The notes beneath the pieces are model-generated. The model was not told the origin of the DNA, did no database searches, and was given only the letters and a program-made list of their open reading frames with translations. Source: Marsupella aquatica (taxonomy: Eukaryota; Plantae; Marchantiophyta). From it: a stretch of DNA of 64,000 nucleotides. Position numbers and translations under genes: made by a program. The DNA lies in contig OZ316899.1 in assembly GCA_973895155.1 (NCBI GenBank), positions 15,155,974 to 15,219,973 of the forward strand, written 5' to 3'. Of this stretch, positions 25,901 through 37,478 are shown one piece after another (the stretch's first letter is position 1; each line of letters opens with the position of its first letter).

Positions 25901-25990
25901 TTGTCCTAAAGCTTGTCCCAACACGTTGGGACCAGAATTGTCAACTCTAGCAACCAACTCCTGGTTTTTGCCCCACTGATGGTCTAGGGG

Positions 25991-26004
25991 CACTAGTAGA
26001 AACC
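25991..26004 (+). mobile_element. CACTA-type terminus (CACTAGTAGAAACC) interrupting the copy B LTR
   Basis: LTR homology stops exactly at GGG|CACTAG. The partner end and the rest of the LTR are not in the window. Confidence 0.7.
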
Positions 26005-28623
26005 GGGGTAATTTAGACCATACCTTATAGGACTAAGCCCACTATGTCCTTCTTCCATACTTTAAATGACTCGCATCCATTGCCAAGGTTTTGTTAAAGA
26101 CTATAAAAGACTTTGAGTGTTTTCCGGTTTAGTTAAAGACTATGAAAAGTAACCTTGCTACTTTGTGAAGGGTGAACACTCTTGGAAATCATGGGTTTTG
26201 TTCTTGGAATCACTCTAAAGGTCCACACAAAGACTAGTATAATACAAAGTCTTACAAGGGTTCATGATAAGAGTATACTTAAGAAGGACCGGGCAACATG
26301 CTACTTTTTGGCCTAAGTGCTTAAGGACATGCCTTGTATATATCACCAACCTTAACTAACATTGCACCATAAAGATCCATGTAACGGGTACTTTTCATAA
26401 CCTAGGGTACAGCTGTACTGGAGGGCTTAGGGTGGTTTCTAACCGGAACCGGAACTAATGCATCACTATAACCCTAGCTAGGTACAACTCCCACACCATG
26501 ATATATTTTGCATTGCCAACTAGTGTCGTTTCAATAGGGTCATGGGCACTAATTGGCACAATGAACAGTCTAGCCCGTGATTGATTTTAGTCTAAATGAT
26601 GGTTACTTTTGATAATAATAATTCCACAAGGGGGGGGAGGGTTAGGGTGGGGCACAACTAATTAAGTGGCCTCAGGGGTACACAACATCATCAGTTATTA
26701 GTGGCTGATAACTGATGATGTTGTGTACCCCATAATGTCAGCTAGCACCTGTTTAGCAGCTGACGAGCCACATTCTCCAGTTAAATCATGCATGTAAAGA
26801 ATGGAAGTAGGCAGATGTGAGACAGCAGCAAGCGCCAACTTCTCCATGTTGTTCCTCTCATTGCACATGTGGAAACAGACAAACTTCTTAGGACTGTGAC
26901 TGCAATCCACAATCTCAGGACACTACTGAAGTTTGTTAAGAAGGTGTTGGAAGAATCCTTGTCTAGGCCACAATGCAACTTTGCACACTAAAACTATTTG
27001 GAAATTTATTCTTCAGTATCACTCCTGTGACTGTAGAAATGAACAAAATTTTTGTAGCCCATCATAGCTGCATCCTTTAATATGCAACTGCATCCTTTAA
27101 TATGTCTTCCTTGAATCACACCCCTTTGAAATGTACTCAACAGTGTTTGTTAGAGGCATAGGAAGAAGACGACATTTCATTTTTATTACCATGTTTTCAA
27201 TAGACATTCCAAGGTAACTATGCTTTAGAAACTGTTGATGGGAGCACACCCTGCATCCAAGGTATGTGAGAAATTGTGCTGGTCTGAGGGAGACGATGCC
27301 CCTCGCTCTTCTAGGTATGTAGATGCTCTAAAAACATGGGGATCTGGCACTCCTACGACTGACTTACAGATTGAATCCCCTCGGTCCCTATCCTGCATAT
27401 TGATGGATTGAATACAAAGCTGAACAGTAGCATACAAATTTCTTTCTGCAATCAGCTTCTCAATTTGTGTTGGGGCCTACAACCCACAAATGAAGTGATT
27501 ATGTATATGTCAAATCATATTCTGATAGAGACACTCTAGCGGTCTCAAAAAACAAATCCAAGATCCCAAGATGAGAAACCAAAGAGGGGCGTCTCGTTTG
27601 GCATGGATCAGCCCCAGCAGAAGCCACTTTGTTGCAGTCATTTCAAGAGAAATGGAATTTCTGCTATGACGTAGATTTGAACCCACAACATTCAGATTCT
27701 AAACCTGCTATCAGGGCAAAACTTATATTCGATCTTACTAATTATTCCCAAAGGCCATGAAAACTGTGCAGTTTGCATGGACAAAGATTAACCAGTGACC
27801 CAGACTAAATGCAAGAAAGCAAGTCAACGCAAGCACAATGGATTTTGTCACTCTGACTGCTCATACTTAAAGAGAGAGTTGAATACCTACTCTAGCCAAT
27901 TGGTTGACACAAGAAGGAATATATTTTCCTGCCAATTTGTAGCAAATATCGTTGGTAAAATGATTGCAGTTCCTGACAATGAGATGATAAGTGTCACCAT
28001 TGTAATTGTCCGCACAGGTTTGAATAAAGGTTCAACATGCTTGAGAGGTCATGTCGGTAGTACCAAATTTAATTCTACTTCTAAAAGTAAATCCAAGACA
28101 ATTCTTTGGCTCCACCTTGAAAACTCCACTGGAGGATTGATGAGATTACCTATCTCTGACATTATGATTGGAGGTGTTTCATGCCAAGAGACCCTTGTTG
28201 ACATTTTTATGTTTATGTTGACTTGCGCGCTGTTGTGTAACTATCTCAGTCTCTACTTTGAATTAAATTGATAAATCCCACTAGTCTGTCATTAGGGAGC
28301 TGTAAACTATGTTGGATGTTTCAGTTTTAGTGTGTATTTGAGAATTAGTTGATTTGATTTCCCGATTGTTCTGTTGGCTCATTCACTGTGATCATGTGTC
28401 CAGTGTAGGGTTTTTAGTCACTGAAACAATGATGGTTTATGATTGTGACATTTGTGGGTGTATTGATTTTAGAAATCCTGGGGCCCTAGCTTCTCATGGG
28501 CATCACCACCGAGACAGGAAACAGGAAAACAGGATTACTGGTACCAGCAAAAAGTTTCCTGTTACCAGGAAAATTTTACTATTACCAGTAAAAAACACGA
28601 TCTAAAAATGTACCATTTAAAGT

Positions 28624-28787
28624 TGTTGTGTGACAATGGAGAGACTTGCAACTCGCTATTGTGTTCCATTATGGGTGTGACTTATATAGTCACCATAGGG
28701 TTACATGTTGGGGTTGGTGTTAACCCATGTTACCCCTTCAGGATAGGGTTAGGGGTTAACCATGGTCTAGAGTAAATGGTTACAACA
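28624..28787 (-). repeat. 3' LTR of the copia element
   Basis: TGTTGTGTGAC...TTACAACA, preceded on the minus strand by PPT AAGGGGAAG (28788-28796). Confidence 0.97.
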
Positions 28788-29149
28788 CTTCCCCTTGGAG
28801 AGTTTAGGGGTATAAAATCACCACACTACTAACCCTATGTTTATTTTTGGTGCTACCCCATTAAAACCTTCTGCTTTCTTCATAAGGAAAAAGGGTTCTA
28901 GCCACCATTAGTAGGATTTTCTTAAATTTGCACTAAGGTGAGTCTACCTTATAATTTGTCCAAATGTAAAGTTTAATTTGGGTCCCCTATTACTAAAACT
29001 ACTTCCCCTTAGTTTAAATGGGGTGTTTACGATAATAATTATTCTATCTTGTATTGGTATGAAAAATCGTATTCTGTCTATGTATACAGGAACGAAAGTT
29101 TTAGGTTGCATCGTCGTCGAGTCGGCTGTCGTCTGTCGGCTCGAGCTGC

Positions 29150-32100
29150 TCATTCAAACTGTGGAGTTTCTCTCGTTTGTGTGTCGACGGGCAGGCGCAA
29201 TGTCGACAATCTTGTCATGCCGATCGCTGCTACGTGCTTTCGATGGAGGCTGGCGGGTAATGGCTTCGTGAATAGATCAGCACAGTTCTCCTGGGAGCTC
29301 TTCCAGTGCACATGGATGTGTTGCCCTATCTGTTCATGGGTAAAGAAAAATTTTGGGTCGATATGCTTCGTGCGGTCTGTCTTCATATATCCTGCATTGA
29401 TTTGGTCCACGCAAGCTTTGTTATCTTCATGGATAATCGTCGGTTTGGTGAGTAGTGGCTTACCAGTATTCTTGCGGATGTGGTTTATGATGTTTCGAAG
29501 CCATAGCGCTTCTCTTGTTGCTTCGTAAAGAGCTATTACTTCTGAATGATTGGACGATGTGGTAGTCAAGGTTTGTTTTGTACTGCGCCATGATATTGCT
29601 GTGTTGCCTTGCAAGAAGACATAACCAGTCTGAGATTTCGAGTCATGCGGATCGGATAGATATCCAGCGTCCGCGTATCCTTGCAGTTCATCCGGGTTAT
29701 CATTGGCGAAATACAGGCCCATATCCATGGAGCCTTGAAGATAACGAAATAGTCGTTTGATGCCGTTCCAGTGGCGAATAGTAGGTTGGGCGCTATGTCG
29801 TGCCAAGAGACTCACTGCAAATGAAATGTCGGGACGGGTGTTGTTCGCCAGATAGAGGAGAGCTCCGATTGCAGATAAATAAGGCTTGTCTGCATCAAGA
29901 AGTGGTTCATTTTCTTGTCTCCTTCTAAACATATCTTTAGTGGTGTCCAGGGATCGCATCTCCATGGGAGTCGAGACTGAGTAAGCATTCTGCATGTTAA
30001 ACTGTCGAAGAATTTTCTTTGTGTAAGTTGATTGACTAATAAACATACCTTGTGGCAGGTGGTCGAACTGTAGACCGAGGCAATACGTCGGTTCTCCCAG
30101 TTCTTTCATTTCGAAGATGCCCTTCATTGTATTAATAGTCTGCTTTAATAGCTTGGGGGTGCCGAACAGATTGACGTCATCAACATATAGTGCTAATATC
30201 ACGAACTCAGGTGCTAGGTGTTTTATAAAAATGCAAGGGGCGAGGTCGTCATTTATAAAGCCAAGAGTCTGCATCTTAGTTTTGAATGTCTGATACCAGA
30301 TGCGTCCGCTCTGTTTCAGTCCGTTTATTGATTTAAGGACTTGCACAGCAAATGCCTGCTGTCCAGTCCCATATTTACCTGGGTACTGGAGTGGTTCTTT
30401 GAGTGTGTTGCCACTGCTCAACACTAGGCCTTTAATGTCATCATCAGGGACAATCTGTCGAAGTCCCGACTTCATGTCCTGACTTAGGGTATGTATATTC
30501 TTCCCCTGGATGTGCTCTACCACTCTTTCGAGCAATTCCTTTGGAGCTTTCATATATATTTTGGAGTCTAAGACTCCATATAGGTACGCAGTTACCACGT
30601 CCATGAGTATGTTTTTGAGTTTATGCTTTCTTGAAAAAGATATTAAGTACCTAAAGGTAGTTACATCCATAACTGGCGAATAGGTTAAATCGTAATCCCT
30701 TCCAGGGATTTGGGTGTAGCCTTTCGCTACAAGCCTTGCTCGATATCTTATGACATCTCCTTGGGCATTGCGTTTTCTAACGAATATAAAACGACTATCT
30801 GTATAGTCATTCTTTGGTTGTACAACCTTAACTGGGCCGAATACTTGTCTTTTGATTAATGCGTCCATTTCTGTATTGATAGCCTCTCTCCACTGTGGCC
30901 AATCGGGCCTTTTCTGTGCTTCTTTGATTGTATAGGGATCAGGTGTATCATTTGAGATGGATTGGGCTATATGATAAGCAAACTGCTCGTCTATTATTGT
31001 GTTTGATCGAGCATAAATGTGTCCTGTGTGTGTGTATTGAATAGACATTTCTTCATTATCTGGTGCCCTCTTTTTCTCTGGTTCGATACTGACCAGATTA
31101 AATGTGGTTTCAGTATTTACCGTTTGTGTACGTCTCTGGCGAGGGCGAGAATCAGTGGATCCTAGTGGGCGTCCTCTCTTCGCCTTAGGTAAGGTTTCCT
31201 TTGCTTGAGTTGGCAGCAGCTGAATCCGAGCTGGGGTATTGACTGCTTCAACATGTGATCTGGTCACATTTGCTGCGTCATTGAAAGCGTCAGGAATCTT
31301 TTCCAACATTTCGTGGAGATGTAATAAGCGCCTTACCTCCTCGTCTGCACTTTGAGTTCTTGGATCTTGATTGAGTAGATTTCTGCTATTCCAATTGAGC
31401 TGTACTGGTGTTATGTCGTGTGATGTAGTTGGCGCCTTAAGTAATGAGGGGAAAATTTCCTCATAGAAATGGCAGTCAGCGTGTCTTGCTTTAAATACAT
31501 CAGCTGTGCTAGGTTCCAGATAGCGGATAATAGACGAGGAGTCATGGCCAATATAAATACCTTCTCTCCTCTGTGGGCCAAGTTTGGATCGATGTGGCCC
31601 AAGGATGGGTACCATCACTTTACATCCGAATACTCTAATGTGTGAAAGGTCAGGGGGTAAACCGAATGCAAGGTGATGAGGGGTTTTAGTATTAAATGCT
31701 GACGGCCGATACTTAAGCAAAGTTGTTGCATGGAGGACAGCGTGTCCCCATGCTGAAGGTGGTAGTTTAGAGTTCAATAGAAGTGGCCTTGTTATCATTT
31801 GAATCCTTTTTATGACTGACTCTGCTATGCCGTTCTGGAAATGGACGTAAGGAACTGAGTATTCAATGTCGATCCCCGCTGTCATACAGAAGTCGTCAAA
31901 TGCTCTGGAGGTAAATTCCCCTGCCCCGTCCACTCGCAATTTCTTAATTGGACAATCTGGGAATTGTACTCGAAGTTTTAATAAGTTGGCTAAGATTCTG
32001 GCAAAGACCAGGTTACGAGTAGAAATTAATGAAACGTGGAGCCATTTAGTTGAAGAGTCTACAATGGCTAAAAAATATCTGAAAGGCCCACTTGGAGGGT

Positions 32101-33790
32101 GTATTGGCCCGCAGACATCAGCATTTAGACGTTCCAGGAATTTAGGGATAGTATAGATGGTCTTTTGTGTAGCTGGGCGTGTACTCAGCTTCCCCTGAGA
32201 ACATGCAAGACATTGCTTATGATTTATAGATGGACGCACTCCTTTAGGGATTCCTCGTGAGTCCTTGATGATGCGACGGTACATATTTATTCCCGGGTGC
32301 CCCAGTCGACAGTGCCAGAGGTATGTAAGATTATTTGATTCTGCTGTGGCATAGTTCGCTGTTATTGGGGCTGCATATAAACCCGGGGGTATTAGAGGTA
32401 GTATCTCTTTGATTTGAATTCCATCTGTGGTCATGGCTACTATTTGCAAAGTAGGTTTCTGCTGGATCATTGCTGTGCGGAGTTGATAATTATTAGCAAC
32501 AACGTCTTTGAAGCTAATCAAATTTCGAGTAGCTTTTGGTGCAAAGATAGCTGCTTCGATGTTAATGACTGTTCCTTGGGGAAATTTGACAGTAGCCTTT
32601 CCTGTTCCTTCCTCAATCTTATTCGTACCTGATATGGTTGTCATTATCCTGGCAGATGGAGTGATATCTTGGAAATAACTCCTATCTTTTAGGATAGTGT
32701 GGGATGTCCCACTATCAATGATACCTAAATTGGGATCGTTGGAGGAGGGATATGGTGGCTCTTCTGTCACCAGATGAGCTTCAGCGTTGGATTGGTCTAT
32801 CGTATCATTTTCTTCTCGATAAGATGGTAGCTCCTCTTCCAATTCCATATAGTTGCCATCTGGATTTTGCTTTAACTTAGCTCTTGCTTCTGAGTGCCTC
32901 TTAGCCGCTTGGTCAGAAGCCCAGCAGTCTTTCTTTAGGTGGCCAATTTTTCCACATCTATAACACATTCGGTCTTCTCGTGTGTTGTCAGATGATTGGG
33001 CGTGACCTCTGCCGCGTCCTCTTCCTCTACCCCGGCCACGGCTTCTGCTGCCTCGACCTCTGGTATTTTCATACTGATTTCCCCTTCCACTATAATTTGA
33101 GTTGCGACCTCGTCCTCTATATCCACCTCTTTGTGTACCCCGGCCTCTTATATTTCGTTGTTGGTCTTCTGGGGCATTGTAATTAATTTCTGGTTTCTGT
33201 GGTATAGGTGCAGTGCCTGGTGGTCGTTTCCTTGCATTCTGTATAGAGACAATTTGTTGTTTCTCCTCTACTAGGAGATGTGCAATTAAGTTAGAATAAG
33301 TTGTGAATTGCATATTCCTGTATTGAGTTCCCAAGGCGATGTTGGCCTCTGGGAAAGTACTCAACGTTTTATCGATTTTGTCTAAGTCTGCAACTGGGTG
33401 GCCACACATCTCCAATTGAGATGTAATACGAAATAGAGAACTATTATAATTTGCTATAGAAGTATGATCCATGACACGTAGATTAAACCAATCCCTGCGG
33501 GCTTCTGGGAGCCAGACCTCTCGCATATGGTCAAATCGAGCTTTTAATTTGTCCCATAATAGACGGGGATTAAGATCACTCATATATTGTGTCTTCAGTG
33601 ATGGTGTCAAATGCTGTCTAAGTAGAAATACAGCTTTGGCCTTCTGTTGCAATGTTAAATTGTCATCAGTAATTAATGTATCCTCTAGTTGTATTGATGC
33701 GAAGTAGGTCTCTACATCTATTGACCAGGTTAAGTAATTATTGCCATCTGCCAATAGGGCTGGAAAGTGTAATTTCTCCAGGGTGGCCAT
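29150..33790 (-). CDS. gag-pol: Ty1/copia Gag-Pol polyprotein (1546 aa)
   Basis: Bianca-type gag (ALLADGNNYLTW..KAKAVFLLRQHL), CYRCGKIGHLKKDC knuckle, protease IIDSGTSH, integrase LWHCRLGHPG..LRVDGAGEF..QNGIAE, RT YRARLVAKG/DVVTAYLYG/LYVDD and RNase H GYADAGY/IHEDN/ADLFTK. Confidence 0.97.
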   Translation of the reverse strand: MATLEKLHFPALLADGNNYLTWSIDVETYFASIQLEDTLITDDNLTLQQKAKAVFLLRQHLTPSLKTQYMSDLNPRLLWDKLKARFDHMREVWLPEARRDWFNLRVMDHTSIANYNSSLFRITSQLEMCGHPVADLDKIDKTLSTFPEANIALGTQYRNMQFTTYSNLIAHLLVEEKQQIVSIQNARKRPPGTAPIPQKPEINYNAPEDQQRNIRGRGTQRGGYRGRGRNSNYSGRGNQYENTRGRGSRSRGRGRGRGRGRGHAQSSDNTREDRMCYRCGKIGHLKKDCWASDQAAKRHSEARAKLKQNPDGNYMELEEELPSYREENDTIDQSNAEAHLVTEEPPYPSSNDPNLGIIDSGTSHTILKDRSYFQDITPSARIMTTISGTNKIEEGTGKATVKFPQGTVINIEAAIFAPKATRNLISFKDVVANNYQLRTAMIQQKPTLQIVAMTTDGIQIKEILPLIPPGLYAAPITANYATAESNNLTYLWHCRLGHPGINMYRRIIKDSRGIPKGVRPSINHKQCLACSQGKLSTRPATQKTIYTIPKFLERLNADVCGPIHPPSGPFRYFLAIVDSSTKWLHVSLISTRNLVFARILANLLKLRVQFPDCPIKKLRVDGAGEFTSRAFDDFCMTAGIDIEYSVPYVHFQNGIAESVIKRIQMITRPLLLNSKLPPSAWGHAVLHATTLLKYRPSAFNTKTPHHLAFGLPPDLSHIRVFGCKVMVPILGPHRSKLGPQRREGIYIGHDSSSIIRYLEPSTADVFKARHADCHFYEEIFPSLLKAPTTSHDITPVQLNWNSRNLLNQDPRTQSADEEVRRLLHLHEMLEKIPDAFNDAANVTRSHVEAVNTPARIQLLPTQAKETLPKAKRGRPLGSTDSRPRQRRTQTVNTETTFNLVSIEPEKKRAPDNEEMSIQYTHTGHIYARSNTIIDEQFAYHIAQSISNDTPDPYTIKEAQKRPDWPQWREAINTEMDALIKRQVFGPVKVVQPKNDYTDSRFIFVRKRNAQGDVIRYRARLVAKGYTQIPGRDYDLTYSPVMDVTTFRYLISFSRKHKLKNILMDVVTAYLYGVLDSKIYMKAPKELLERVVEHIQGKNIHTLSQDMKSGLRQIVPDDDIKGLVLSSGNTLKEPLQYPGKYGTGQQAFAVQVLKSINGLKQSGRIWYQTFKTKMQTLGFINDDLAPCIFIKHLAPEFVILALYVDDVNLFGTPKLLKQTINTMKGIFEMKELGEPTYCLGLQFDHLPQGMFISQSTYTKKILRQFNMQNAYSVSTPMEMRSLDTTKDMFRRRQENEPLLDADKPYLSAIGALLYLANNTRPDISFAVSLLARHSAQPTIRHWNGIKRLFRYLQGSMDMGLYFANDNPDELQGYADAGYLSDPHDSKSQTGYVFLQGNTAISWRSTKQTLTTTSSNHSEVIALYEATREALWLRNIINHIRKNTGKPLLTKPTIIHEDNKACVDQINAGYMKTDRTKHIDPKFFFTHEQIGQHIHVHWKSSQENCADLFTKPLPASLHRKHVAAIGMTRLSTLRLPVDTQTRETPQFE

Positions 33791-34231
33791 AGTATCTCAA
33801 ATCTGTAACAAATCACTGTCCGCGTTCTGATTAATATCAAATCTATGTCGTTCTCAATTACTTCAATCACTCGTGCCTTTTTATCCACGGGATTTTCCTT
33901 GGCGATAAAAGAAACTCAGGATTTCCGTGGCGGAACAATAAGATATAAAAAAAATTGAGTCGAATTTGAACGGGAAAACACTATTTCAAAGTGATTCATG
34001 CCTCTCCGATAGTGTCACTAATCAATTATATACGGATTGTGTGTTTTCCGTAAGGATTCGTGGACTATTCAGAGGATCCGAAGTTTAAATTATGGTGTGA
34101 TTTGAATCGGTGGCAGTTACTGATGTGGGGTGGGGCTAAAAACGCAACATTGGAAGTCAATTTCTTTGTCTGAAAGCCGTACTCCAATTATCCTACCTTA
34201 ACTCCAAACTGGAAAAAAAATTTAGATGCTA

Positions 34232-34245
34232 TCGCGCTGATAACG
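34232..34245 (-). promoter_or_regulatory. Primer-binding site, probably for a half-molecule tRNA
   Basis: CGTTATCAGCGCGA follows the 5' LTR directly and is not a TGG-type PBS. It is complementary to the anticodon arm of tRNA-Ile(IAU) as recalled (inference). Confidence 0.6.
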
Positions 34246-34409
34246 TGTTGTGTGACAATGGAGAGACTTGCAACTCGCTATTGTGTTCCATTATGGGTGT
34301 GACTTATATAGTCACCATAGGGTTACATGTTGGGGTTGGTGTTAACCCATGTTACCCCTTCAGGATAGGGTTAGGGGTTAACCATGGTCTAGAGTAAATG
34401 GTTACAACA
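34246..34409 (-). repeat. 5' LTR of the copia element
   Basis: Same 164 bp as 28624-28787. Confidence 0.97.
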
Positions 34410-36295
34410 AAAGTCTTATTTTTCAGAATAATTAAAATCATAGGTTTTTTTTGCAAGCGCCAAGCGCTGCTATTGTTAGCTCCGGGCGCTAGCAATATGA
34501 TGATGACAAACCAAAACAAACAAACAAAAAATTCTCCCAAAAAACATTTTCCAAAAAAAATCAAAAAAAATTACCACCCACTTTCCTGTTACCAGTAACT
34601 GTTTCTTGTTACTGTTTCCTGTTTCCTGTCGTTTGTAAATACCCCCTTCTCATAAGACAACCAGTCAAGCATGTAAAGTTGCAGCTAAACGTCACAAGGA
34701 GAGTGATGATGATGTGAGATCTCAAGTAGGTGTCCAAGAACAACCTTCTGGTTTTGAACCTCAAACGGCTCATGAACATATTAGCATGATAGATCCCTTA
34801 TATTCTTCTATGAGTACACCAGTTGCCAATCATGTGGAAGATGTATTATGCACTCCAGTAAGTGAATTCTACAAAGCTAGTCAACCAGCAGATCATTTTG
34901 ATTCCACATTACACCTTGTAGCCTTCATTTGACAAAGTAGGAATACTATGGGACTGTCTATGAAAGACACTAGAAGACTATTAAGTCTTGTCTTCCATAC
35001 AGAGTTCTCACTCACAAACATAGATGTGAAAAATGTGAGTGACCTTGTCAAGTATGAGAAGAGAATTGCAAGTACTCACACTGTTACATGGAAGCAAGTG
35101 ATAGTTTGCCCGAAAGGCTTCCATATACTGGAGCTTGTGCTACATTATCAAGATCCAGTGGATGTCTTGTGTAGACTGTTTTCGAACGTGAGTAACAAAG
35201 AGAATTTTAAAGTTGGTCCATCCCAACCAGGTCTGACAAGATGTTATAGAAGTCCAGACACTGGAGATTGGTGGAGACAAATGCAGGTGAGGACCCTCCA
35301 GTCTTCATTGTGCACTTATGTTAGTGAGTTTTGAATGGACTTCAGTCAACGGTGTACTAACCTTTCATTTTCCTTTGACACAAGATAAAATTGATGAGAA
35401 ATGTCCTGGTACGTGGAGTCATCGCAGCAATCATACTTTATTCTGATCAAACTGGGCTACCAAACAACCAGAGAGTATCTAGTTATCCATTAATGATATC
35501 GCTGGCAAACATTGAGTGTGTCGGGAGGCGAGAGGAGTCGGGTAATGCTTTGCTTGCAATTATTCCCATGTATGGAGCTTCTGATCCAGACTATACAAAT
35601 TCTAAGCATCCTACTCGCCTCAAGATCTCTCTACTCCACAAGTGCTTGACCATCATATTGGCGCCCTTGAAGGCATTAAGTTACATGTAAGTGACATGCA
35701 GTTTTGATGAAGATGCCAGTCTTGATGACACATGTACTCTTATCTATTAAAATTCTGAAATTGTATACCTCTAATGCAAACATTCTTTTGTCCAGTGGTT
35801 TGCCCTTGGAAGATCCTTGGGGATGTCAAAGATGGGTGTTTCCTCTTCTGTATGGATATGTTGGAGATCATCCAGAAACCTGCAAAGTGACTTGCACTTT
35901 CGATTCAAAACCCTGCAATTTCCCCTGCAGTGTTTGTGTATGCCCTAAAGAACAGGTTAGTGTTGTTACAGTCACACATGAGTATCATACTCAGAATCAA
36001 ATGACAAGTGTTTATAATGAGACGGTTATGGCATCTACATGTGTGACTGATGAAAGGGCAAAAAGAGTCTGTGCATCCTGTCCAGGTATGCTCATTTTGT
36101 ATGGTGTTGAGTCTGTCAATCTTGTTGCTATGCTTTACCTTTTTACATGTCTTTTTCTTGTATCCTGACATCACATTAAAGCAGTTGTTTATATCTGCAG
36201 CGTGCGCTTTGGGGATTTTTTGGTGGGAAGACCATCTTAGGAAATCCTTACAGATCGGTGCATCTAGACAAGATGCACCAGTTTGAGTTAGGTTT

Positions 36296-36637
36296 GGGTA
36301 TGGCACACGTGACAGTAAACAGGAAACAGGTTTACTGGTACCAGGAAAATTTTTCCTGTTACCAGCAAAAAGTTACTGTTACCAGGAAAAATAACCATAT
36401 CAAAATATTTTCTAAAAAGTCTCATTTTCCAAAAAATCTAAGTTACAACATTTTTTGGCTAGCTTTGGGCGCTAGCATTACCAGCGCCGGGCACTAGCAA
36501 AATAAAAATAAATTTCAAAAATAAATTCCAAAAATAAAATTCCAAAAAATTTTCAAAAAAAATTACCACTCATTTTCCTGTTACCAGTTTCTATTTTCTG
36601 TTACTGTTTGCTATTTCCTGTCGTTTGTAAATACCCG
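36296..36637. mobile_element. MITE copy 2 (342 bp)
   Basis: TSD GTTAGGTTT (36287-36295, 36638-36646). GGGTAT...ATACCC inverted ends, homologous to copy 1. Removal restores ELGL|FKTF. Confidence 0.88.
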
Positions 36638-37478
36638 GTTAGGTTTGTTCAAAACTTTCATTGGAATTTTGAAAGATATGGCAAGTGAAACTCCTAGAGT
36701 TACTTTTAAAGAAAAGCCACTTGAGATCTTGGATGAAAAGATGACAGTGATTGGAGATAATCATCGATATCCAGAGTTCAGATTATTGGCATGCAAAGGA
36801 AGGACAGGCTATTTCACATCTAGTGCAACATTTGAAGCATTCGAGCACAGGTCTGTGCTTCAAGTTATCATACCATTGTTATTGGGAGTCTATCCAAATA
36901 CTGTCGTCCAAGTTGCTATTAGCATGTGGAAATGGTATTCTGTTGCTTTCAGGACCAACGAGCATACAAAGGAGACACTTTCTCAAATGGATGCATTAAT
37001 GTCTGAGTAAGTATCTTTTTGTTTTACCTTGCTGAAAGATATGTTGGAATCTCAAATGATGTTTATGATGAATTCATTTTGACACCAGGCTTAATTTTGC
37101 AAGATACTAATGTTCATATTCGGTTGTTCATAGGATGGTGAGGAAATTGATTACTGTTGTAGGGAGATATAAAAAATCAGAGTTTGAGATTGTTAAGATT
37201 CACGCAATGAATCTTTCTGACTCCATTAGGAGATCTGGGATTCCGTGTGAATATTCTACCAACCTGTATGAACATCTGCACATTTTGTTAATGAAAATTC
37301 CATACCATGCTAGTAACAAGAAAGATTTTGCAAAGCAAATGACCCAGCATCACCAGAGATTGCTCGCTATTGGCAGAAAGACTTCTACATCCGTTGAGGT
37401 TGAAGAGAACTGTTATATGCACAACCAGAGATCAAAGCAAATCTGATAATCACTCTAGAAACGTACTCTAGAGAAAAT

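Larger units (their letters stand above)
12645..25990 (-). mobile_element. Chromovirus-family element copy B (5' LTR part, PBS, gag, PR, RT, RH, INT), interrupted by copy C
   Basis: LTR remnant 25449-25990; PBS TGGTATCAAAGC 25435-25446; gag with GLCYTCGAMGH knuckle; protease ALVDTGA; RT split at 14883/22990; RH WTDASDY; integrase PWELISMDFI and ETDGQMERVN. Confidence 0.92.
28624..34409 (-). mobile_element. Intact Ty1/copia LTR retrotransposon, Bianca-like lineage
   Basis: Two 164-bp TG...CA LTRs identical by eye; 5-bp TSD AAAGT (28619-28623, 34410-34414); PPT and PBS present; single uninterrupted ORF. Confidence 0.97.
28498..34645. mobile_element. MITE copy 1 (~355 bp, split by the copia element)
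   Basis: TSD CTTCTCAT (28490-28497, 34646-34653). Imperfect GGG...CCC inverted ends rich in ACAGGAAA/TTACCAG. Removal restores the transposase reading frame. Confidence 0.85.

Noticed and set aside
26698-28271. Short ORFs between the CACTA end and the Plavaka gene
   Set aside because: No recognisable motifs; cannot be supported as genes without a search.
28744-28758. TTAGGG-like runs as telomeric repeats (also telo-box-like AAACCCTAA near 39044 and 54443)
   Set aside because: Only one or two units each; too short to call an interstitial telomere or a functional site.
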